A DNA stretch of 64,000 nucleotides from Chrysomallon squamiferum (Eukaryota > Animalia > Mollusca). A program made the position numbers and the translations under genes. Position 1 is the first letter of the stretch; every line of letters starts with the position of its first letter. A model generated the notes under the pieces. The model ran no database searches. It was not told the DNA's origin and worked only from the letters and a program-made list of their open reading frames with translations. Shown here piece after piece: positions 40,153 through 59,388 of this stretch. The stretch covers positions 6,014,001 to 6,078,000 of the forward strand of contig CM022679.1 of the NCBI GenBank assembly GCA_012295275.1, in the 5' to 3' direction.

Positions 40153-43100
40153 TCATGGTAAACCATGTTTAACAATTATTCAAATAAATTTCAAGAAAAA
40201 TACTTTATTTGTTTTGCTGTAGATTTATTTCTAGATTATAAAAGGAAACAATGACAACTAATGACAACAGTGATCCTTTTTTAACAATTATTACAGTAAA
40301 TTCATACAACAAATGCACTTTTTTCTTATGGGAAAAATCTTTAAAATCTTGAAAATTTAATAATGTGTGTAAAACTATGACACAACCATTATCACAACAC
40401 AGCAACTTAAAATGAATTGTAAAATGATTGCTTCAACTGATCAAGTTATACAACATTTAATTTATTTAAAAAATACCACAAAATTATAATATAATAAAAG
40501 ATTTCTATGTAAAAACAAGTTGAATTCAACCTATTCAAATTATGATAATAATCTAATGTTTTTTTTTATTATTATTATTTTTTTAATACTTTGGTATACA
40601 TTTTCTGGATGCTAATGAAAGTGTGTATGAAGAGATATATAAAAGCTGTTTTGGTTTAGCACCAAGTGTGTGATAATTAAATGCAACATAATATATTGAC
40701 AGGTCAATTATCACTAGTTTCTAGCTTGTCGTATGAAAAACATTCCAATAAAAATAAATATTTTTAAAATTATACATGTGAAACTTAATACTAAGAGAAA
40801 TCAGTTTTCAAAACACAAAGATGTTTAAAAAAACAAAACAAAGATAAACAAACTAATATCTGATTATGAGTATCTATTGATATATCCTCTAACAAGGTGT
40901 ATGTTTATTTTCATGCATAAATTAAAAAAAGTGTGACACTTACAGGTATTATATACAGGTGATGTGGTGAAATCAGCAATTACAAAGTATAAATGTAAGA
41001 AGTGAATTTACTACGTTTTGGCTCTTAATAAATTTTGTTCAAAATTATTTCAAATGCTATGCTATGTTCTATTCCAGCATGACTGTTTCATTGCTTTTAT
41101 GTGCTAGGCCATAACTTGTTTTTTATTTGTATTTTTATTTTCTAATAAAATTTACTTTTCATTCACTGTATAAATTGCTTAAAATCGTTTTTACATTAAA
41201 AGGAAATACAAACATTTTTAACTTTTATTTTATGATTTGGCAGTGATTTTAATTTTTATAGATTTCTTTTAGAAAGTGCTAGCTAGAACTCTAATTTTTG
41301 AGTATGCTAAAAACTATATCATTATTATTTATATCTATTTCAGTTAAAAAAATGTTAGAAAGTGAAATGCTATTATTAATTATCAATATATTATATATAA
41401 AGAAAACCATAATAAAAGTTTTTGGAATATTTAAGATTATTATTAAAATGTCTTAAAAGTGTATAGACCATAGAGTGTAGCAGTGTTTCCTTTCTCAAAC
41501 CATCATAATACAGACCTGCTGAACTGTACATAATATTAAATTGTATATTGTTTAAAAAATCAAAAAAACTTTTAAATTTTCTTCTTGTAACTATAAACCA
41601 ATATCATCAGATATATCACAGAATTATGCAACTAAACATGATTATATAACATATAATTACATGTAAGTTATTATTAATAAACTATCTGGCCATAATTTAC
41701 AAATCATTAACGTTATTAAACTGCAAAAAATTATTTATTATTTGTTATTATATGCAAATAAAATAGAGTGAAGTAAAAATGTGTAAAAAAAAATACAGCT
41801 AAATAATTAACTTACTAGTTCTGGATTATACATAACAAGGACTCATTATTATTATGAAAACAACAAAAGTTCCACAAAAATAAAAAAAGAAGATGAAAAA
41901 GAATGTAAGTGCCATGTAATCAGTCAAAACTACTGAATTTATAGTTAAATGACTTGCTAATCAATCAAAATGTACAGCTTTGAATTACATGAATTATTAT
42001 TATTCCAATCCTAGTCCATCCAAACTAGTCATAATTATAGCTTTAATAAATCATTAAACGACTGATTAATTTATTAACAATAATCAAGATTAAGATCATG
42101 TTATGAAAGAATTGTAACAATCTTTATAAACTTCATAATGCTTGTTTTTCTAGTCCAAGAAAAAAAAAAAATAATAATAAAAAAAAAAATATAAGGAAAA
42201 AACTTTTTATGGTGTTTGATTCATATAGCCATTTTTAGCAGAGATGTATTGAGTATTCTGACTGTTCCACTTTTGCACCAATTACAAGACAAAGATCATT
42301 GAGCCCAATAGTAATTGTACCGACTTACATTATTTCATAGTAATAAAGTATCAAGTGTTTATTACAATACAAAATGAAATGGAAACCTTATCAAGGCTGC
42401 AATATTCTCCCCATGTATAATTTATATATAATGTTTTTGTGTTACTGATTATGTTAAAAAAAAATATATCTACTTAAACATTTGTTGAGATCATTTTGTT
42501 TTTAAATCACACCATCACCTAAAAATATAAAATTCTAACTAATTTAACATTTATATTTATAATTTTTTTTTGTTATTATGACATATACATTTCTGAACAA
42601 TATGCATAAATGCAAGAATGTCCATAAAACCAACTAATTTACTTAATAATAATAAACCACAGAAAATTAAAAAAAATAAAATTAAAAATCTGGCACATTT
42701 CTATATTAATAATGAACATATATGGAAGACAATTTCTACAAATTAACTTAAGAATATATAATTTAATTTCATACAGCTGCCATTAATCAAATTTCTATTT
42801 ATTTAAATCTAATACTGAGTTGAGAAACCATTGTTAAAATAAAGAGTTTATTAAACTTATTCAAAAAATAATAATAATTAAAAAATGAACATAAAAATAT
42901 TAATCTTATATGTTTAAAACATTTTTTTAAAATGTTTTTATAATTTTAATTTTACATATTTGTTACTTTAATTTTTAATTAATGGAACTGTATTTGTTAT
43001 TAATGTGAATAAGAATAATATTTACAATCATCAGTTGAAAATTAAATTAGTAAAATTTTCAGAGATGGTCAACGATTTTTTGAATTCTAAGCAAGATTTA

Positions 43101-43749
43101 GATGTTCATCTCTAAGCAAACTTATATTTTAAGATCCTTCAAAGGTTTGAGTCCATGCCATTGTCTAGTATTATTTTATTTATTTATTGTATGTTTATAA
43201 ATTAAAATAAAATAAATGATGATCTGTCATGTATAGTATGTGTATCCCTGTATATTTTAAGTATAATGCCTTCAAAAATGATCTGAATATTTTCAATGTT
43301 CTTAAATACTTAATTCTTTAAGGCAAAAGGCTTCAGTTTTTAATAAAGATAGAAAAAATAAATCCTTGAAATATCTTTAACTTGGCTGCCCAAAATGAAA
43401 AAAAAATATGAAAAAATGCTTTCAACTTAACCATGTAACAATAACCATGTAAATTAAAAATAAGAATTTTAGCACTAAATTGTATCAAGTTTTCAGAGAA
43501 CTGTCAGCCATGAACAGATCAACTGCTGTAGACAATGACTAGTTTAAGGAACTTTAGTTAGGAACTGTTTTTATGGTAAATAATCATGAGGTATATTTAC
43601 AAATATCCAGTACCCAACAAATGCAATTTCTGCAGAATTCCCACTGGCCAAAGCAATATAATTTATAGGGTCTTCATACATACACAACAAAGCAATGTGT
43701 TTAAAAAATCAAAACCATATTTCTAAAAATAAAGTCTAGAAAAGATATT

Positions 43750-45327
43750 CTACTGAAAAGGTGTCTGATCTAAAACTAATCGTATAGAATTGGCAATGTT
43801 TTTTGATACAGGTTTCTCTGATGTCCACAAAAAATAGGCAACTGAGGCCACACCTACACCTGCAGCTACAACTAAAAACCACTGCAACAATGTTGATTTT
43901 CCATTCTCACCCTGACTGTCAAAAATGTGCTGAGTTTCAGGGTCAGGGGAAGTAATTAATTGAGGTCGAACATGGTAGAGAACCTAAACAAAAAAAAAAT
44001 ATATAGATATATAAATAATAAAAAAAAAAAATAAATAAAATAAATAAATAAATAAATTAATAAATAAAAAAAAGAAAGAAAATAATAAAATAATATTTAA
44101 AAATCTGAAGGATATATAATAAGTACAAATGTCAAACTGAAATTAAACTGCTTTAACCCTTACTGTCAGTAACTGTATTCATGATTTTAATGTCAGATTA
44201 CAGCTCTCATAAATTAAACATTTCACTTAAACTGTTAAAAAAACACAAAAAAAACTTCAGATTAATCTAATTTAACCCTTACACCACTAAGTAAAAAATT
44301 ATATCAGTGTCAAATTACAGATCTCATACATTAACCCTTTAAGTATACTGGTAAAAGTAGTCCATACCTCAGTAGCTGCTCTGAAACCAGACTGGATTGC
44401 ACCATTCATAAATCCACACCAGATTGTTGCAGTCTCTGTGCCAGCAAAATGAATTCTGCAGAAAGGAAAATATTTTAACCATCATTGTAATTTAGTTTTA
44501 ATTTAAAAAAAAAAAATTTTTTTATAATAGTCAATACAATTTTTAAAAATATTGAAAACATCAAAATTTATTGAAAAAAAAAAAAAAAAAAAAAAAATGT
44601 TCTCAGTATCAAATTTTTGTTGTATTTAATTTATATTTCATAAGGTTTTAATATACTCTTCTTTTCAGTTAGTAGCTTCATATACAACAATTAAAAAGAC
44701 TGTTTTGTTAAAAGAGTTTAAAAGCAGATTTGGGTGAGACAGTTTTTTTTTTTTTAAATATAAATACAGCAAAAAACAACAAATAACAATAAACACAAAA
44801 ACCAACTAAAACATTTTGTAAAACAAAAACCAATTTTTTTTTTTTGTTTCTTATGCAAGTAAAATTTTCATCCCAAACCGACCAAATCTGTCATCTAGAG
44901 AAAGGTCTAGTAATTCTACTACAGAGAAATGTTTTACATTTTTTCCCTTGTGACTTAATTAAGAAAAAACAAAACCAACAACAATAATAATAACTGGAAT
45001 ATAGTGTATGATTAAGAAATGCAAAATAAAAAGATATTTAAAGTAAAAACCTATCAAAAGGTTCTCTGAGATCCTGGTTGAAGTATTTCGTTGTTCCTGG
45101 AATGAGTGATTTTAAGAAACATCCACCATTGAATGGTTCTTTGCTCCAGTCTTTCTGGGAGAAATCAATGAATTTTTGAACATTTGGTCCCAGAACACTT
45201 TCAAGTAGATTTAGAATACTGTTCTGTCTTCTTTTCAGCTGTCAAATTAAAAATGTTAGAGATGTTTGGCATTTGAAAAATATAAAACTGAGTAATAATG
45301 GGTTATTAAAATATATATATATATATA

Positions 45328-45395
<68 letters not shown>

Positions 45396-48300
45396 TGTAA
45401 ACCATTAACAGATGTTTTGACAGGTGCAGTCGATCAGCAGAGCAATGTTTTGTTTACCTACCTTCTGGAAAGAAACAAAACATTTTAAAAATAAACATTA
45501 ACCTTTTTGCAAATAAATCTTTAGAAAATGTAAAAGTATATTCTATCTCAATATAAATTGTCACAAACGTAAACAATTTTAAGTCTAGTCATATATCAGC
45601 CATTAAATAAATTAACTCTTCAAATATTTGTTGAAAATGAAACCTTTTACATAGTACAAAAAAAGAGAGAGAGGGAAAAGAAAAATGTACCGGAAACAGT
45701 CAAAGTGGATTTAGTAAAACTAAAAATGTATATTACAAGATAATTCTCTGGATAATTTTATCAACAAAGACTAAAATAATGCTCACATCTTCCTCAAGCC
45801 CAAAAGTTGATGAAATGAAACCTGCCAATGCAGGGTTACCACGAGCAGATGTCGCATCGTACACGATTCCAACAGGTCCAATCTGCTCATCTTCCAACAC
45901 TGACTGAAATCCAAAATGTCTGCGATTTGGGCCATTGTTTTTCCAAAATGCTTCATCAAATGTAATGGCAAATTTAACAAGAAATGCAAGAGGCACAGAT
46001 CGCAGCAGATTCAGCTTTGTTAGTGGAAGAGATGGAGTGTATTTGATGGCAGCTGAAAAGAAGGACAAACAACAACACTTTGAATGGCTTCTTATTTATT
46101 GTTTTACAAATTTTCATTTAATGATCATCCTTTTTTAATTTCTTTGATTGTTTTAAATAATTTAAAGCATGTAATAAACAAATTGCTATTCTAAGGATTA
46201 TAATTTTGATATTGTGCAACTATCCAATTTTAACATACTCAATTAACATCAGCTTATATTACCTAAAACAGAAAAATAAATTATATTAATACATATTAAT
46301 GCTTAACAGATAAATTTTAAAACAAAAATAATTTAGTCTAAGTACATTTTGAATGTTTTTCTTTCTTTGCTAATAACATGTAAGGCATTTAATGTAACAA
46401 AATGGAACAAAATTGCAGATATACAGAAAGTGTCACTTTCCTTTTATCTCAGTGGATACCGACTCATTGTATAGCTATAGTATTTATTTTTACATTTACT
46501 TACCTATGTGGTGAGGGGGTATTGCAATGACAACCCTCAAACACTGTACTTGAAGTCTGTTTTCAGTAATCACTGTAACTTTGCTTCCTGACTGTGATTA
46601 AAGAAATACTTTATTAATAAATCAACAAATATCTTCTGTTTTTTTAATAAATTCAACTGTTAACCCAAAAGAAACAGAAAAATTTTCTACAGCTTCAGAT
46701 ATCAACTGTTTGAAAATTTTATATTTCTAGTTATAAATAAATAAATAAATAAATACATAAAAAAAATGTGAATAAATTAATGAAAGACCAATTAAATAAA
46801 CAAGAGAATGAAAAAATTGGTGCTTAAATAAATCAAAAATAATTTTCAAAATTAAAATAACAGAACAGAATAGAACAAATTAAAATATACATTATTAAAG
46901 AGATGAATATTTTATAAATTCAACATTATTAAAGAGATGAATATTTTATAAATTCAATTCTTCACTCTTTAAAAAGAGAGCTCTCAATATTAACTGCCTA
47001 TAAACTATTTATAATTTTTGTCATAAAAATCTTAACTTCAAGCAGTGTCAGAATCTAACTTATGTGTCAGATTATGGAAATGCAAACTACATATTATATA
47101 CCAGTCAAAATATACCAACAAGGAAAAAGAAATGAATTAATAAAATTCATTAATAACCTGAACAATGTGTGTGACTGGCTGATTCATTTTCACATTTTTC
47201 TTGCCTATTTTGCTCATCAGATGTGTGGCCAGTTGCTGAACACCTCCCTAGATGTGGATAAAGTTTAAATAAATTATTAATATAACGAGAAAAAAAGTAA
47301 TAAAAATAATAATAATATGTGTCAATTATAAAATACTATCTAAAATGATAATAGCTTTATATAAATTTATATAATCACTTCCAGCATATGAATAAGTAAT
47401 TGTTAAACTTCAAATATTTATTAATAATTATTGTAATGAGGAGAAAACAATATTCAACAAACACTGAAAGACTAGATATGTGGAAATTTAATAATCAGAA
47501 TTAATGACTTATGAATTCAGTTTTAAAAAAAAAAAATGTATGAATCTAATTTATAGTATGTTTTGCAAACATTTTCAGAATTAATAAAATTTCTGCACCT
47601 TTAGAAATCTGATATGAATGGGTGATTATTGTTGGGTGAATTATTTGAGGTGAATATTTAAATTGGTATTTTATAAACATACATATAAGATGTTAAAAGA
47701 TAAAAATTATCTGAAAATGTAAAACAAAAACAGAGAAATGAATCATCTTACATGTATTATGAAAAACTTGAAACTTTGTCTTAAACTGCCTATATTATCA
47801 AGATTCATGATAATTATTCTAAATAAAGTAATATAACCAACTTATTATGCTGAAATGTGAGTCTACAAATTTAAATGGAAAACTAATATGGTTTCTGAAA
47901 CTGTTTGACTACACTATAAAAAATATTTATAAAATATGATAAACTATTCTTGACTAGATGTGTTATAGTAAATGGAAAATAATGAGTGCTCAACAAACTG
48001 TTAGATTAGTTCGTCTAATTTAAAAATACAGAAATGTTTTCCAGATTTACAATAAGAGTTTGTGTTTTTTTTATTATATATTATTCTTGCCAGTTTCCTA
48101 TTCAATCTGCACCAGTCATTCAAATTATATTAGCTCATGTTTTTATACAAAACATTTTCCTGAATAACCCCACCTGCTGGATTAGCTCCAGGCTGTTAAT
48201 GCTCTTTTTATATATAATGTTTATTATTGCATATTTTATGCTGCATATTTAACAGGATATTCACTGGGGAAATATAAAAGAAATTGATGGTAATATGACA

Positions 48301-48993
48301 AACACAGAGAACAATACCTTCACACGGCATTCTCGGCCAGTGTATTCTGATGGTTGAAAGAAGATGTTGAGACCCCCTGCCGAGTTGATGTACATCAGAA
48401 AATACAGAAGTGTCATCTCTGCTGGAGACAGCCCAAACATGCAGCGACATGCTGCATCCACAAGATGTTTACCATCTGAAATATATGTAAATAAATTCAA
48501 ACAAATGTGTCACCTTCTTCATTTATATGTGCAAAAAAGGTATAAAAAAATAGCTTGTTTTGTTATGCTTTATCTGTAGTGAAACCTATCATACCAAGTA
48601 TTTTTGTCAAACATTACACTAAAACTGCTGGCAATATCAGTAAAAATATAGACCAGTTGTAACATGGCAAAAAACTTTGTAGACATTGTTTTATTCAAAC
48701 CTTCTGTCCAAAGGTTATCATCTCTGTACTTTTCAAATGTGATTCCATCCCACTTCAGTGCTTCTACCGAGCTAGATATATCAATTCCAGTAAGTTTTTT
48801 TTTCAGTTTCTGAAGCTGTGAATACAAGCAACAAAATATCAGCTAGACAACAATGTTTTGTTCAGATAAATGCTGTTCAGGACAAAATTTCAGTAAACTG
48901 TTCTGTCAAAAGTGAACAGAATCAAACTAGCGGCAACAAGAGTGTACTCAAAATTCTAACTTCAAGATCCATAATACTGTATACACATGTCTC

Positions 48994-49034
<41 letters not shown>

Positions 49035-51554
49035 TTAGATAGATACAGAGAAAACAATAGATACACTGAGATACACAGACAGAAAAACAGATGAAGGGTT
49101 TACTAAATACAGAGATGCAACAATATCAACAACACAATACAAAAAAACCCCATTAAAATTAAATGAGCTTTACTGCAATTTACATTTTCAGTGTAAATTA
49201 CTACACATCTAAATTTAATGTAACTATGAACCATTTGGTTGACAAAAAAGATTTCTATCTCTGCAAATGGTTTAACAGCAAAACTTAATATTATTTTTCA
49301 AATGACCAAATTTGAAATCTCACTGTTCACACCTTCCTTGAAAACTGGATGAGGTCTAAGCGAGTTGACCAGGCTATCTTTGGTCCAGTGACTGTTGTGG
49401 CCTCTGAATGTGGAGCCACTGGGTTGAATGTGTCCATGCAAAACTTCTTGAGAAGAAACTGGAGATGAGTTTGTGGCCTGTAATTATTTTTATAATGATG
49501 ATATACCATATATGTTTTATGATAAAACAAGATAAAACAAAATAATACCTAATGTTTATAGAAACAATATCTGGTTAATCAGTTTTTTTTAAATTATTAT
49601 TATTTTTTTTTTTTTAAATTAAAAATAAATATTTTAAAATTTTAATCAAATATGAAATAAATGACAAATTATTCTTTAAGTTCAAATACCTTAATGTTTT
49701 ACTATCTATAATAAATTGTTAAAATGTAGATAATATTTTTTCTTTCAAATTATGTTTTAAATGGTTCTTTTTACTAATAATGTTACACTGAAATTTCACA
49801 TACACCTTAGGTGAAATTCAAATTATTCTTAGCTTCTGCAATCGTATTTACAGACCTCTGTACAAACTATTACAACATTATAACAATATATTCCTGAAGC
49901 TGCCAAAAACTGTTGATTTACTATGTTCATGGACTGGAACATTCATGCTTTTATTTAGTCTCTGTAATGCTCACCTCCCAACCCATTCTCCTCCCAAATC
50001 CCAGAAATCTTTAGTTCCATCAGCAGCTAGCAGTTGCTTAGTCTCTGTTCTACCACCAATTCGATCTAAAATTACAAATGAATATGAGGAAATTCAAGCA
50101 GTATTTAGATATAAATAAAATAATAGTTTTCGCACCTTATTTTTTAATGTACATTTTTTGTACATCTAACCTTTATCCCATCCAAGTGTTCAGGTTTACA
50201 CTGATCTTCCATGCATAAATGAGTAAATCAATTAGAATACTGGACTGTACATATTTTACATCATTAATCTGAGACACTTAACTGATAACATAATTTATAT
50301 TTTAATATTTTAAACAACCTTCATATCTGACAAGTTTTTAAAATCCTTATATGTTTCACAGCAGCACACACCAGCATGTAGCCTTAACAGTAAACTTTCT
50401 CTCAAATTTGTTTTCCTGCTCTCTGGTTTTTGTTTAATATATGCCTTTAAAAAAAATATTTAAGAACTTTACATACATGTAAATTTATGCAATTTATTTT
50501 AGTCTGATTACAATTATAGTTTTTTTTAACAGATCCATTATTTTCTTTAATGTGAAATTATAACTTCAGCATATTACATTTTGTTAATGGTAAATATTAT
50601 GAAGATAATAAAATGACACAATCACGTATTAACTTACTTACTGAAATATGTGATTTTAAATACAAATGCTGCCAAATATGTGATTTTATTTTAGCATATC
50701 AAACACCAATCCTCATTAAAAAAGACTTAAGTTATATAATAAAAGCATATTTGTATAATTTAATTTTTGTATTACAGCTGAGTGGTGTTTTATTAATCTT
50801 TGCTGTTTAAAATAAAGAATATTTATTTAATATGTCTCACAGATGCAAGACAATTCTTTCACTAGATCAGTTATCTGATTTCAGAGGAGATTTGAGTCGT
50901 TTGATAACCAGCAGCAAAATTTTTAGTTTATTTCATACAACACTGTAAAAAACACTAACAAATGAAAAACAAAATGGAATAAGAAAAATAAATTTACTTT
51001 CTGTAGAATGCAGCAAGGTAAGCATCATATCAAATAGCTTGCCTAACAACTATGTTTTCAAACCACTACTGACACATAACAGCTATTATCACTAACAATA
51101 ACTTTTATTTAGTTAGTTTTAAACATTCATTAACTCACAACATAAGAACATAACATAAACATTATTTCAAGCTGGATTTAAATTCGGTGATATTTATATA
51201 AAAATAAATAAACTAAAATAGAAAAAAAAACCTAAAACTTACTTGTTAATTAAAATAATTCAAATTTTCATAAAACCAAATTTTATAACATATTTAATAT
51301 TTCTATTCATTTTATTTAGAATTTGATAAATCACATTTCTTTAGTTAATAATGTCCAATCATTTCAGTCTGAGTCAAGAAAATTATTTAATTATTCTAAA
51401 CCTAGACTATATTTGATTTAATCATGGCTATAGTATACCTAATCGAAATCCTGATTGAAGGGATGAATATATTCAATATTGTCTGAATGCATAAACGTCA
51501 TTATTAAAAAACTTCAGTATGTATTAAAGATGAATGTCAGAAAACATGTTTATG

Positions 51555-51617
<63 letters not shown>

Positions 51618-52000
51618 ATAGTTACAATTTACATGTATTCATGTTACTGTTATTGTTTGTTCGTTCATTACTTTCTAAATAATAACTTGAATACGCTGTA
51701 ATTTTGTTATGTTTTAAAAGCGTATGTAAACACTAAAACAGTAATTTTATATTTTCAACAGAATGTGATTAACAACTATGCATATTTCTAAATACGTTAA
51801 TTTCGTAATACAACTATATAAGGCTACGTGATCAAATGCATGTTAGGATTAATTTATCTGCACAGAAACTGACCTTTCGCTTCCAACACGACCACACGCA
51901 GACCTCTGTCTTTTTTAACCAAATAATAAGCAGAAGCAAGTCCTGATAAACCGCCTCCTACAACTGCGACATCCACTTCGAATGACTGCATAGCTGTCAT
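43750..52000 (-). CDS. Flavin-containing monoamine oxidase-like protein, paralog 1 (11 exons, 529 aa, C-terminal TM)
   Basis: Minus-strand exons 52000-51874, 50065-49975, 49477-49333, 48815-48701, 48475-48318, 47247-47158, 46591-46504, 46052-45787, 45238-45051, 44455-44368, 43983-43750 total 1590 nt. FAD Rossmann motif [67 protein letters not shown], and a hydrophobic tail [19 protein letters not shown]. Confidence 0.95.
45311..45391. repeat. (TA)n(GT)n microsatellite in an intron
   Basis: Read directly. Confidence 0.95.
46889..46956. repeat. Exact 34-bp tandem duplication
   Basis: ACATTATTAAAGAGATGAATATTTTATAAATTCA occurs twice. Confidence 0.9.
51558..51614. repeat. (GA)n microsatellite
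   Basis: Read directly. Confidence 0.95.
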
Positions 52001-52169
52001 GCTTAAATAGCGATCCTTTCTCTAGACGTGCACATGTTACGTGTTTAGTTTTGCTATTTCCGGCCTAGTAACGCAATCAACATGTGCGATATGAATTATG
52101 TCCCTTGCTATCATGTTTTGGGAATCCAAGTAAAGATCCAGAAATATCAGAGATAATCAATGGTACATA
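52001..52169. promoter_or_regulatory. Compact bidirectional promoter of the two amine oxidase paralogs
   Basis: 169 bp between divergent ATGs, CpG-rich. Contains GACGTG (52025), CACATG (52031), TACGTG (52038) and TTTCCGG (52057, ETS-like). Confidence 0.7.
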
Positions 52170-58946
<6,777 letters not shown>

Positions 58947-59349
58947 TACTGAGGACATTAAAAAAGAGAAGATTAATCTGAATTACTTACTGAATTAAGA
59001 AGTTAATTAAAGCCAGGATAGTAGTAAAAATAAATAATTAAGTTAATGTGAAAAAAACGAACTAATGCTGAGATTTACCAAGATGTAGTGAAGGAATTAG
59101 TCACTGAATATAATCTTCTCTTGACAAAAAGATTTCATATAGATAAAGTAAGGCTGGTCCTTGGAAAACAGACTGGTACTAGTATTCTTGAAAATTAATT
59201 AATTATTAGTTATTAATGTTAAAGGAAATTCATTGGTTCAAAAATCTTTAAAAAGCAACAAAAACCACTGATTCTAGAACTACAAAAAAAAGAAGAATAA
59301 TAATAAAAATAAATATATATAACCACAAATAACTTGAATATTCCTAAAA

Positions 59350-59388
<39 letters not shown>

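Noticed and set aside
44150-44345. Repeated TTAACCCTT (piggyBac-like ends)
   Set aside because: All copies are in direct orientation within a local ~120-bp duplication, with no inverted partner.
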